A DNA stretch of 64,000 nt from Dudresnaya verticillata (lineage: Eukaryota): positions 2,108,001 through 2,172,000 of the forward strand of contig OZ374561.1 of the NCBI GenBank assembly GCA_977862235.1. Reading direction: 5' to 3'. This document shows, one piece after another, positions 32,637-44,799 of this stretch (within the stretch, counting starts at the first letter, position 1; every line of letters starts with the position of its first letter). Made by a program: the position numbers and the translations under genes. A model generated the notes under the pieces. That model did not search any database. It saw only the letters and a program-made list of their open reading frames with translations, and was not told where the DNA came from.

Positions 32637-34248
32637 GAGGGCAGCAGTTGGTGTCGTATCGCCGCTCAATGTCGCTCTCGCCGCGGATTGAAACCCGGCT
32701 CCTCGCAGAGCTGCTCTGTGATACGCACAGCATGCTCGGCGCAAGAAGGGACAGCTCCAGAATTTTTGCAAAATTCAGCAATGGTCGAAAATCAGTCTGA
32801 ATCTAGACTTCAACGCAGCGGAACGACATCATGACGGATGAATCGGATCCATGATGTATCCGTCCGGTCCGTGCCTGCAGAAGCCCGGGAGTAGGTGTCG
32901 ATGGGAAAGCTTTACTCTATGGGCAATGGGCTGTTGAAGCTTTTCGAGTGGCAATACCTAGCTGTACTGCTCGTCAACCTGCGAAAACGACGAACATGAC
33001 GAGAAACAAAGCCTTATTTTGCAACGAGCAATCAATCGCGTTTTCGTCCATTTCGTTCCGGACAATACATGAAGGAAACGTTAATCATAAGACCCATGTT
33101 GACATCTTGCTATCAAAGCAAACTCTCAAGCAGATTCGAAATGATTCATCCTTATGTTTCGTACTCAAGAACTGATGGGGATTGCTACATACTTAGCATC
33201 TAATATTTTCAAAATGCAAGGGAAGGACAAACGTATAGTATAGCTGTCGAAAAGTAAGCAACTCTAGCCCGTACGGTGAGCCCTTGGAGATACAAGGCAA
33301 TCTTATGGTTTCCGAGAACCCCCAGCAAAATGCTGCAGAAGCCGGACGACGAACACTTGTCCAAAGAACATTACTACGGCTATCAGACGAAGGGCTGAGA
33401 CCATCTTCTTGTGTATTGCCTAGTCTGGGCTTCCTCAAAATCCCCCGTCAATCAAGCTTGGTATGTACGCCACGAGCGCGCAGCACAGGAAGAGGGTGAC
33501 AAGAAGCATGGCATGCATGGTCGAAGTTCTTGCCTCTAACTGGTCAGAATGCAGAAAACTTGGCCTTCGGTAATGCGCCTTCCCCCTCCCTGCAAAGCCG
33601 TGTCGCGGTACACTTTCTCTGTGTCTGAGTGCTTCGGAGCTTTCAGTTCTGCCCTTGGCTCCAGCTGCGCATCTGCTCTGCCAGTCTTGGATCGTCGTTC
33701 TGGAAAAAGACGGTAGGCGCAGTAACTGGACGGTTTTTGCGAGCAAACGAGACTGCCACTCGAAACAAAGCGGGCTCTGGCTTGGGTTCCCCAAGTCCAC
33801 CTAACCCACACGGCACCAGTGCTTGCAATGCCCTCAAAAAGACTACATGAAAATTTAGTTGGTGGGATCTCCAGATGCTGGACAGTAACAGCACAAACAC
33901 AATCTGACGGAAAAGTGGTATTCTGTACAAATGAAAGCCATCCAGTGGCGCAGTCGGCTGTTTTCCTATCGCATCTACTGGACGGGTGCCTCTAGAGAGA
34001 CTGATTGGAAGAAGCCGGATTTTCCAATGCAATTATTTGCAGCCATTTCGCAGGCTTCTTTTTACTCATATAGCTCTGCGGTTGAGTTGTATGCTTTAGA
34101 AAGGTCTGATATTCATATCGTAGTTCCTCTTGTTGTTGCAAACCCAATTTTTGTTGCAGTCCTCCTAAACATCACGTGGTGTTGCACCAAATTGGGAAGG
34201 CTGTAGCTTTGTCTCGGGAAAAACTCATGATGACATGCTTGATTTCCA

Positions 34249-35238
34249 CTATTCCTTTTGGTTGAACCGCGCAGGCCTTCGGAAATCCAGGCCATAGTAA
34301 TCGAGTCGGTGATAGTTTAATGTTCTTCGAGCAGGTTTGTTACTGCTCATTATCCCCACAATTTCAAATGCTGGACAGTGCCCGGCTGGTATCCATTTAA
34401 GGTTCCGATAACCACAATAGCACTGGTCGCACCTGTTCCTTCCATATACGAGCCTGCAGTAACAAGTACAGTGCCGAGCCAAGCACGTAGTTTGTGGGTA
34501 GTAGAATCCTTCAAACCAGCAACGCCGAACTCTTCCTCTTCTGACGCAATTGCACTTCCGTCGTTTGCTATTGCACCTACAGTTATAGCAGCTCTTGCAC
34601 GTGCACTTCCTTGTTCTCCATTTCGAACAGTTGCATCTGAAACAGTTACAGCCATTGATTTGGGGGCTGATACCCGACCGTTCTGAAACAGTGATAGAAG
34701 CATTACTTGACAGGTGGCGACCCGAAGCCAGAGAATCAGAAGGTAACAATTGGCGAACAACTGAGAACCATGCCGTTTTAGCTGCATGATAGCCGGGAAC
34801 ATATGCAGCTGTTTGATTCAGTTCTGTAGAATCAATGTCGAAGTTGAAGAACGTCTTTCCAGGGAAGCATTTCACACTTTTTTGAGAGAGCACTTTGTCA
34901 AGTTTCAGTAGATCTACGCTTCCCATCCGCTTGAAGTCATCGCAATGTGAATGAAGCATCGTAAGATCTGGACCGAGCAGTGTTTTGCACTCTTTGGATA
35001 CGGGGGCTTCTTTTTTCAAGCTCATCTGATAACACCCACAAGCTGTCGCCCTGAGTAAAGCCATCTTGTCACACTTGTGAAGTTTTGCTTCGTGAGAGAG
35101 ATCATGCATTCCCACATCATTTATTGGGTTTTCCGTTGTCGGAAGCACGTCCTCTGTAGCCCATGCAGCAGTGCAACAAAGCAGTGCGATGGAAACCAAT
35201 GCTGGCGGCATGTAGACAGGACATGGTTGAGGCCTCAT
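34249..35238 (-). CDS. Cys/Arg-rich secreted-family precursor, copy 2
   Basis: Signal peptide (ALVSIALLCCTAAWA), a 6-Cys prodomain shared with 62449..63444, and a 20-Cys cationic C-terminal domain shared with 1..381. Confidence 0.85.
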   Translation of the reverse strand: MRPQPCPVYMPPALVSIALLCCTAAWATEDVLPTTENPINDVGMHDLSHEAKLHKCDKMALLRATACGCYQMSLKKEAPVSKECKTLLGPDLTMLHSHCDDFKRMGSVDLLKLDKVLSQKSVKCFPGKTFFNFDIDSTELNQTAAYVPGYHAAKTAWFSVVRQLLPSDSLASGRHLSSNASITVSERSGISPQINGCNCFRCNCSKWRTRKCTCKSCYNCRCNSKRRKCNCVRRGRVRRCWFEGFYYPQTTCLARHCTCYCRLVYGRNRCDQCYCGYRNLKWIPAGHCPAFEIVGIMSSNKPARRTLNYHRLDYYGLDFRRPARFNQKE

Positions 35239-36963
35239 TATTGTTAGATAACTCGATATAGAGTTTAACTGGTAGTGTTGTTACAGACCAGAAAAATAAA
35301 TTTCCAAGAGAGCCAGCGTAGTCTGCCAACGGAACTCTCTTTATTTATCTTTGTCTTCTCCATATATAGAATTCCGAATCAATCAGTTTTTCTCTATTGC
35401 TGCGGCATGAGAAAAGTCTCAAGCAGCAGTGTACCTTCCGGCGGTGATTGTGCTGCCATGAAGATGTTTCTAACAGGTTATAAGGGGTCATTACTGCAAT
35501 GAGCCCCCGAAGTGCGTGGATTTCCATTGTGGCTTTGTCTCGCTGTAAACGAAGAGGAAAGTCAGGATTCACGAGTCTGTCATCTGTAACCCTGGAACGA
35601 CAAGCGCGGGCTTTCAGCAATGGTCATTACCGAGCAGTCGGGACCAGCCCTTGTTCAAGGGGAGCATTGCCAACTGATATTTCTATACTACTGTACAGTA
35701 GAAGAGCATTCATAGCATTTGTTGCTGGACTAGTGCTCTAATTTCATTTATTTGAGCAGTGGGTGGTTCTCGCTATTTGACTGCGTCACTTTTTACGATA
35801 TGTGCGCGACACGACATTAGTTCAGCAGTCTGTTGAAAGGATTTTGCAAAGGCCTTTGATTATTTCCATATGGCTGCCCTGCGTTAGGTTGCTAGTAACT
35901 ATCGGGTGTTCCTGCCAAGACCGGTGCTGGCAGAAATTGCATTCGCAATAATGGCTATGTAGTAGCGCTAGTATGCTTCTGTCCTGAGACACTGTGACAG
36001 AACCATCTGCCATGCGCAGTGGAACTTGGGCCCTTGCTAGTGGTAACGGAAGTCCAAGGCGATTATCAAGGCCACCAACTCGAAATATTGCCATATTGGG
36101 GGGAATGGGGAATAATCACTTGCGAGAGAACATACTACACGAAAGACGAACACGAATCCTGTAATTGAAACCTACTTTTGTTGCTAGCGCTGTGTGGTTA
36201 ATACTTGATGAACGCAAATGTTCGAACCAGCAACTTGGGGCCACAGATTTTGCTAGAACGTTCCGCCCCTCTCCTCAACAAAGGTATTGCGATATCAAAG
36301 ATGGAAAAAAGTTGTATGGGTTCTAATATTGTTATAGAAGCATACTTTCTTTAAAGCTCCCTTTTTGAAGAATGTCCGCCCTTCTGAATGTTTTAACGGG
36401 TCTGGAGCAGTTAGCCCGGTCCGTGCATACGTCGACATAGGTGTGTATCTGCAGATGCATTACGTTACTATAAGTAACTTACTATTTCTTACATTACGTT
36501 CGTACCAGAAATATCGCTGTGTCGCAGTGGCATACCGCGATATTCTTGAACATTGGCCATGGCCTATCTACTGCGAAGTATTGCCCTACTGCAAAAAAAT
36601 GAAAAAAAAGAAGCCGAACGGAATCAAGTCCTTATGTTATTGTATAGCCTCGCCACTTATTTTCTGCTGTCGCTCCGTTCCGTCACAAAACCAAAGGTGG
36701 AGCGACGCCTTGGCATTATCCGAAGCGTGTACTACTCTTGACAACTGGTGACAAGACAGCGAGTGGGTGACATCCCGAAGTGTTCTCCTCGCTGTTGGTG
36801 TTGACGTGGATATCACCGATAGTCACCAGTCTCTGCATGGGCCGAAGTTGCAGCGCACGGGTTCGACGAATGGCCCCCATCGAAGAGCTTGAAACTTCAC
36901 GCCAGCCTACAGCAGGCGCCTCTGGAAGAGACCGTCTCTCTGTCTCAATCCCCGACCGGCCGG

Positions 36964-37572
36964 ATGTTCAATTCCGACGCGACCGTCCTGCTGCTTACTG
37001 GCTGCGGCCTCCTACTTCTCCGACCGAGGGATGTGCCAGTAATCGCAAGGTTTGCGGGGAGGTTGGCGGGATTTGGGGTACGTGGCCTGCGTGGCATCCG
37101 CACTGCCACCGAGAATATCGTGAACGAGGGTGAAAGCTTGCTTGGGAAGCAAGGCGCCGATGTTGGCGCTGTGCGGGAGGACTTGAGGGCTTCTTTTTCG
37201 AAGTTTGACTCGCTGCGGTCAACCGTTTCACGCGACATGGCCAGTGTTCGCGCATTTGCTCCGGTTCAGATGCTTCGTTCGCGCATTGGGGCCCAAGGGT
37301 CACCTGCAGATCGGCAAACACCGAAAGGAGAGGCGCAAGTTAATCCGCAGGTACCGTTGCCGGAGCCAGAAAGGCCTGATAGCAAGAATATGAAGAAGAC
37401 AAAGCGACTAGCGTCTATCGTGAACGGGTCACAGGCAGGCATGAAATCGAAAGCGGGAGTGGACTTCATTGCGCGCTCCATAGAAGAAGCAGCACTTGCG
37501 GAGCAGAAGAAAAGGGTATTCGGAGATAAAGTGCTTGCAGGTGGCGGAAAGCACAGGCGGGACCCGGAGTAA
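36964..37572 (+). CDS. tatB: TatB-like protein, resembling the plant mitochondrial TatB
   Basis: N-terminal TM, hinge and amphipathic helix (LLLTGCGLLLLRPRDVPVIARFAGRLAG). C-terminal GVDFIARSIEEAALA. No transit peptide before the ATG at 36964. Confidence 0.72.
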   Translation: MFNSDATVLLLTGCGLLLLRPRDVPVIARFAGRLAGFGVRGLRGIRTATENIVNEGESLLGKQGADVGAVREDLRASFSKFDSLRSTVSRDMASVRAFAPVQMLRSRIGAQGSPADRQTPKGEAQVNPQVPLPEPERPDSKNMKKTKRLASIVNGSQAGMKSKAGVDFIARSIEEAALAEQKKRVFGDKVLAGGGKHRRDPE

Positions 37573-37709
37573 AGTTGCTGTACACAGCTCAAGCTGTCCC
37601 TCGCTTTTCTTTGCTTGCGCAATGGGCCGGGACAAGAGAAGTCGCGTTGTATGAAAGCGGTCTCTGACCGTAGCTTGTTTATTTACAAGTGCCGAGAAAA
37701 GCTGCGTGA

Positions 37710-40700
37710 TTAGCGCTCTGCTAGTCTCCGCTCAGTGGCTTCTACAGAATCAGCAGTGGCGGCTTGAACTGCTACTTCAGCGCCCCCGCAGCTCATGGTT
37801 GATTCGGCTGCTGCAATAGAAATCGTTGAGTGTTCATGGTAGGGTGGTGCAGACCGATTAGCTACAGAAGAGCCCTGTTGCCGCGTCACGGGATTCAGTA
37901 CGTCATTGGGGCGATTCGAAGGGGATGTAGGGCTCTGGGACCGACCCGTCTGTGCTGGTAGCGGCAAGTGACTGTCCGAAGTAGACGCCTGAAGAGGGAA
38001 AATACCACCAGCACCCTCCATGCTTCGACCCCAACTATGTGTGCCGCCATCGCCCACAGCACTTGCCCCCCGATGGTGTTGCCTCGACCCGTTCAGTTGT
38101 GGAGAAGGGAGCGTCATGGTATGTGTCGGACCAGGCAGTCCAACTGGAATTGCTGCTTCTTGCGGTGGAGAAGCAACCCCACTGACAACGTATCCTCTAG
38201 AGAGCGGATGGCCTTGCTCTATACCCCCGGCCTGGGTGCTGCTGAAGTGAGGGGGTAAGCGAACGATTCCGCGAGGATCTGAGAAACTGGGAGCAATTCT
38301 TCTCGCACTGCCCCGTGCTCCATCATTCGATTGGCTAGAATTGACAACCATGGGGCCCTGAGGCTGTTGGTAATGGTTGCTTGGCGTTGTCTGCGGGGCT
38401 ACAAACGACCCAGCAACATTGGGCAAGGAACTCGAGGGCTGCGGAAAAGCTCCAGCAACGGGAGGAGTTGGTGGTGGCGACCCATAGCCACGTGAAGACG
38501 GTGTGCTGTTCCGTCTGATGTGTGCTTGGGAGCTGTGGCGAAGGACGGTCCCTTTTGCATTGCCAACACGAGATGCTCTTCCTCTCGTCGCCATACCTGT
38601 GCTCGTTATGCCCGGCAATGCCGGAGGAAGAGAAACTCCAAGGTGCTGTCCACCATACATGGCATGCCCAGACATGTTGCTTGACAATGGGCGCATTGCC
38701 GGCCAGACGCGGGAAGCCATTGGCATACCGGATTGATGCCCAGAGCTTTCTTGCATGAACTGGGACGGAACGGCAAATGCAGCCCCGGATTGTCGTGGAG
38801 TTAATGGAACGGGAAACTGCCTCAAATGATTCGAGACACCATGGTGTCCGGGAGCAGTTGCATGCCCTGAGACGTCCGCATGAACAGGCCTTGGGCGAAT
38901 GGCCCGAGAGCCAGGTTGCGCGGCAGGAAGATTAACACTGTGACCAGCATGATGTGGCATTGGGGGCATCATCGTTGACAAGAACTGGATTCTTGTTCTT
39001 TCCGCTGTTTCAATAAGACGCGTGAAAACGTTAATTGATAGCATCCCAATCTCCGACCTCGCGCCGTGGAACCGAATCGCATTGCTCTTCAGTAAGGATA
39101 GGTCGTGAATAAAAGAGCTGAAATGCCGGTAGTAGCCAGTGCACAGCCTGACAAGCACGGTGTTCACGTCCATAGGACATGGAACTTTGCTACAATAACC
39201 AGGGAGCGATGCAAGAGTGTCTGCAGTGTCGAGCCAAGAAAGCTGCACCCGCAAGTTTGACTCCATGGCGCGAATCATTTCGAATTCTCTCGCAATAATC
39301 GGAAAGAGGCCTGGTTCCACGGTCGATGGCCTCACATTTTGTACATACTGTTGTGACGTTTCTCTCGCCCCCTGAAGTATATCAAATGATTCCAATTCCC
39401 ATGGGGAAACAAGCTCACAAGTCGTCTTCTCTTTGTCTCCTTCGTTGTCGTACTCCACTTCCACGCTATTCCACATGACTGTCCGGATTGAAGGCTTCAC
39501 AAATCGGATTGTTCCAGTATAATACTGCCATGCGCGACGCTCATTGAGAAACAAAATACGGAAGCGGTCTTCTGACTTCCAAGACCTATTAAGAGCAGCT
39601 TCCACTCGCGCGGTGAGAACTAAGTACTCTGGCGCATCAACGGGATAATAACAGAGGAAGAAACGATCGTTCGGGCCCACTCGTCGTTTCATTCCAGACA
39701 AGGCTCGAAGAGTCAATACGACAACGGTCTTCTTCTTCTTCGGATCTCTCTTGTCTCCATTTCCGCTCTTGCTCCTTGCATTCAGGGACCGCAGCTTCTG
39801 CGTTGCGATGGAAACGGGAAACTCGTATGCTAAATCCGTAATTTGAAACCGCACTGGAGTAGAATCTTTCGGGAAAGTTGTTCCATCCAGCGTTTCTTTG
39901 CCAGACTTCTTCGATGATCCTTTCCCAGCAAACGGATCTAGCCCAACAGACTTGGATATACTGATCGCAGTTGCGTGTCCTTCTGGAAAATACATCACGT
40001 CGTCGCCAACTTGAGGCACATATGTGTATCTATTGGAAGACGCCCGTAACCAGGCCGATGCAGTAAGACTATTGTCGTCGACTTCACCATCATCTGCTGC
40101 ACTTCTATCCCTCGAGACAAAGGCTGCACTTCCTCTCCCGCTTCTTCTTCGTTGTGATTTCAGTCGCTTTGCAGCATCTGCAGCATCCTCTTTATCTGGC
40201 CGCTTCAAGCGCTTGTCAACAGCCTCACCACTTGTGTCTTCTCCGTCGCTGAACTCCAGGGGTGTTCGCCTCCGTCTCTTCCGGCCCTGCCGACGGCTTC
40301 GTTGAGCTTCCAGCATTGCTAGTTCTCGTCTGGCTAACTCATCGATATCCATCACTGGCGTTGGCGCATCTTCGATACCGTCCTTGGCAGTGCCACTGCG
40401 TGTACGATTCTTCCAGTTTTTTCTTCTCAGACGAGCTGGTGAGTCCGAGAGCAAACTCTTTTCATTCGCATCAAGCCTATGTAAATGGGTAAGTCCGTTC
40501 ATTTCGCTGCCAGCTTCCAGCTTGAGCCCTGATTCTGCGTGAGAATTAAGCGCTCTTTGAGTTAGAGGGGACTTCTCCGCCGAAGATTGTTGGTGAGCAA
40601 GGTTGTCTTGAGGTCCTGCCGAGCGGCCATTATCTTCTAAGTCGTCGGATACTATCCGAGGCCAAACGCAGCTTGCTGTATCACCTTGGTGGTCCTCAAC

Positions 40701-43700
40701 GGGCTTTGATCGTTGGGGCCCGTTTGTACGGTCTTTGCGTTCACTTGTAAATGATGGGTTTCGAGGGGTAAGAGCACTTGAAAATCCTGCCGCGTCGATT
40801 GGATGACCTCGAGCGTCGTGCGAAGCACAACTGTTTGTTCTCATAATGTTGTTTTGCGTAAGAGCAGTGTCGTTCTGACCAGGTCCAGCATCGGTCCCTC
40901 TTTGAACGGAGAGCAGAGTAAGTGGGTTTGCGATGGCGGATGAAGATAAACCCGGTATAGATGCTGGTGCAGGCGTTCCTACGTTCTCGACAAGAATCCT
41001 CATACGACGGCGACCATCCTTGACAGCAGCTCCCCCCAATCGGAGAGGCTCGCACACACTCCCAAACCCTAGCACCGACTGTGATGACTTAACGCCTTTG
41101 TCTCCACTACCTACAGGATTGGCGGGCTTCTTTTCTTCCTTCACTCGCTCTTTGGCTTCTATTGCGTCACTAGCAGGTGTGCGAGGGCCAGCATTGTCGG
41201 GAGCTGGCTTTTCCTTTTCAGGAGCGACAGAATTATCGCTATCACTTTCCTGGCTACCGGCTTCGTACGCAGAGCCCGCAGAGCCGTCATTACTTCCATC
41301 ATCATCGCTATGGCCTAGTCCTGCTGCTGGTTTTCGAGCTTGTTTGGTCTTCGCAAGATTCTTAACCCCTGCTCGGGGAGACTTGGTTCTTTTAGACAGC
41401 TTTTGGCGTTGCTTGTGGGTCAATCCTGAACCTCTACTCCTGGTCTTTCGCTGTGGGCGAATCTCATCATCGCCGTTACCGTCATCTTCATCATCGTCAT
41501 CATCATCGTCATCATCATCCTCATCCTCTTCTGATGAAGACGATGAGCTCTCGGAGAGTTCCTTTGCGAGAGCTTCGCCCCCATCAAAGTCCTCGTCCGT
41601 ATCATCGCAGTCTGTGTCGAGAACTTCGAAGTCTCGAAGGGTCAGCCGGAAGGGTATGGCATCTTTCTCTAAAGAAGCTTTCTCCTTCTCGATGATAAGG
41701 CGTCTTCGGGCTTCACGCGCTTCCCGCAGAAGCCGGCGTTCCTCCTTTTCCTGATTCTCACGAAACTCTCTGGCTCTGAGGAGTAAGGCATCCCTGTTCT
41801 TGTTCTCAGTCACGTTGTCCGAGGCTGGGTGGTCCTCTATGACTTCGTCGTGGTCCACCTCACCATCTTTCGCCTCTTTGGTGAGCTTGGGAAGCGGAAG
41901 ATTCGGTTGCAACTCGGGTGGATACGGTCGAAACTCCCTATCGCAAAGTCGCCCCTTGGGCATTAGATGCATCAACAAGCCTGTGTTCTCATCAACGGCG
42001 CGGTGCTGGGCATCTCGGCGGAACGGGGCGCAGTCGTTCGAAAAAAACTGCTCCTCCGGAGCTAGAGCGGTTGCTTCACCAGAACCGACCCCAAAAAGGT
42101 TGATTGCCCCTGAAGTATCGGACACGGCAAACGAAAGGCCATCTGCGGAAAACTGGCCATCGGAAATGCTTGGACGCTTATGCGATGCATGCGGAGCTGC
42201 GTTCTCGCCGTTCTGATCTGGTATGGAGAAGGTTCTCAGCTGAGTTCCGGTCTCAATGTCCCACAAAATACATTTCCCATCATAGCCCGCCGACAGCAAA
42301 ATGCGCTTGTCGGTGGGGTGGCAGTCCATGACGTAAACCTCCTTCTCATGCGCTTCCAATACACGAGCGAGCTTCCCCGTCTCTGCGTACCACATCCGTA
42401 TCTTCGCGTCCGAGCTTGCTGTAAACACATACTTGTCCGTAAGCGACCACATGGCAGCGCCAACCGACACGGGAAACACGGGACGCCGCATCCGGGGGAC
42501 AATGCTACCGCATGCAGACCCCGATGCCCCTCCGCTGAGGACGCTTCTCGCGTCTGCCTGAATTTGTGAGCGACAGTCCAGAGTCTTTGAACTCCAGTGT
42601 CCCATGCCCACAACCGATTGCTTGCGCTTCTTACTGGGAGGCAGGCGTGCTTTAGTACGGTTCCATATCCGTGCAGTCCCGTCGCGACACGCCGTGACAA
42701 TACTGTCCCCAGAGCGCGAGAAAAGCACCTGGATAATGTGCTCTGAGTGCCCCTTCAACACCGTCAGCAAGCGAATCTGCGGAAATGGTGAGTCATCCTT
42801 CTCCGGCTGCTCTACCGCGTACAGATACGCCACGCAGTCCGTTCCACCCACCGCAAGTCTCGTCGCACCCGCATTGAAGCCCACACTAAGAACCTCGTAC
42901 ATCGGTGTCCCGCTGACCATACTATTTGCTGCTGCGTACCGCGGTGGCGGCGGGTGATCCGAATGTTGACGCCCACGAGTGGTACCGGCACGGCTTGAAC
43001 CGGCCGGCACGCCGGCCGGTGTCGCGGGGACCGCACCGGCCATGGACGCCGCGGCTGCGCTGGCACCGCCTGCCGCAGACGACCCCAGCTGGTTGTGGTA
43101 TTGGAGCTGCACCGGCGGTGATGTCAGCGGGGGCGAGGCCAGGGGGGCTGGGCGGACGGGGTCGTTGGGTGGTGGCGGTGGCGGTTGGTGGTTGGCGGGA
43201 TGGGTGGGGTCTGCTACGGGCGAGGGCGGGGCAGCACGAGACGTAGCAGCAGCAGCAGCGGCGGCGGTAGTGGTGGGGTGGTGCGTATCGGAGGAGGCGG
43301 CGGCGGCAGCAGCGGTGCGAGCGGCGGGCGAGCGGTCCGGAATGGGAATGCGGATACATCCTGCTTCGAAGCGGTCCGAGTTCCAGAGACGGACAGAGCC
43401 GTCAGCTCCGCCGGAGACAACGTAAGGCCTGTCGGGGCAGGGCGAAAACTGGACCGTGTTGACCTCCTTTGCGCCGCCGTCGAGGACGTACAGGGCGGCG
43501 CCGGATGAGAGGTCCCAGACACGCAGGGTTGAATCGCTCGAGGCGGAGACGATGATGGGACGGGTGGGGTGCTTTGCAAGCTCGATGATGTCCGAATCGT
43601 GTCCGCGGAGGGTGTGCTGCAGAAAGCCAGTGGCGGTACTCCAGATCTTGACGAGGTTGTCGTCCGAGCCGGTGATGAGGCGCTCCGCACGGTGGTCAAA

Positions 43701-44280
43701 CAGGGCGGTAAAGACCGGGAGGTGATGTCCAACCAGGCGCTTGAGGCGGCGGAATGCCTTTGGGAGCAGCGCAAAGGTGGCCGGCTCGAGCGGGGTAGGA
43801 ACGGGGCGGGTGGCGTGGAGGTGTAGCAGAGACGCAATGTTGCGACACGCCGAGGGGCGTAGACGGCGCTTGGGGTCGTCCAAAAGCGGTGTACGCGGGC
43901 GCTTGCGTGCGGCGGGGGCTGTGGCGGGGAGCACGGCGGGGGCGGAGGTGGTGAAGCGGCCGGTGGCGAGGAGGGTGGGGGCGGCGGGGTGCGGAAGGCG
44001 CGCGGCGAGTGCGTCGCGCAGGTAGCGCGGCGGGATGTGCCGGTAGCGCGCGGCGCACTGCGCGTACGAGAGGGTGGCAACTGCGCCGGTGTAGTCGACG
44101 GCGGACGGCAGCAGGTGCGCGGCGCGCAGCGCGGCGTCCAGCCGCGACAGCGCGTGGCGGATGGACGGGTCGGACGCGTGGCGGTACAGGTGGTGCAGCG
44201 TGAGGAAGACGAGCTCGTGCTCGGGCGGCGCGGGCGGCGGCGACGGCGGCGGCGACGGCGGCGGCGACATGGCGGGCGGC

Positions 44281-44316
<36 letters not shown>

Positions 44317-44381
44317 GGCGCAGCGGGCGCGGCGGCGCGGCGGCGGCGGCGCTGCGGGCGCGGCGCGGCGGCGGGGGGCAT
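37710..44381 (-). CDS. Bromodomain and WD40-repeat protein (BRWD1/PHIP-like)
   Basis: N-terminal ELVFL motif, WD40 repeats (ITGSDDNLVKIWS, LLSAGYDG), APEEQFFSND, YVPQVGDDVMYFPEGH, VSPWELE, and a bromodomain (PMDVNTV..RL..GYYR). Confidence 0.93.
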
Positions 44382-44679
44382 TGCGGGCGCGCGGAGATGG
44401 CGGTGGCGGTGGCGGGCGCGCGCGGTGGGGTGGCGGTGGCGGCGGTGCGCGTCGCTGCGTTTGGGAGTGCGCGAGTGCGCGGTGTCGCGCGGGGCATTGG
44501 AGACGCGGCGCGGCGGGCCGATCGGGGCGCGGCGAAGGGCCCTCTGGAGGGCGCCACTGGCGACACGTCAGCGCCGTCGCGTCTGCGCGTTGCTTTTGCA
44601 ATTTTCGCGATCACTTTGTCCTCCGCGGAAGAGGTACTGTTCCGAGCACATTCCCAGACGTGTGCGCTCCCCTCCGCCG

Positions 44680-44700
44680 TTCAAATTCTCTTTTCCCGCC
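44680..44700. promoter_or_regulatory. E2F-like (TTTCCCGC) and CHR-like (TTCAAA) motifs in the BRWD/HAUS4 bidirectional promoter
   Basis: TTCAAA at 44680-44685 and TTTCCCGC at 44692-44699, about 100 nt upstream of the HAUS4 ATG. Confidence 0.35.
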
Positions 44701-44799
44701 ACCGTAACATACCACGCCGAAGTGCCAACCCACGCCTCGCCCCGCCCGCCGCCGCCCGCCCGCCCGCTCTCCCGCCCGCCCGCCGCCGCCCGCCACACC

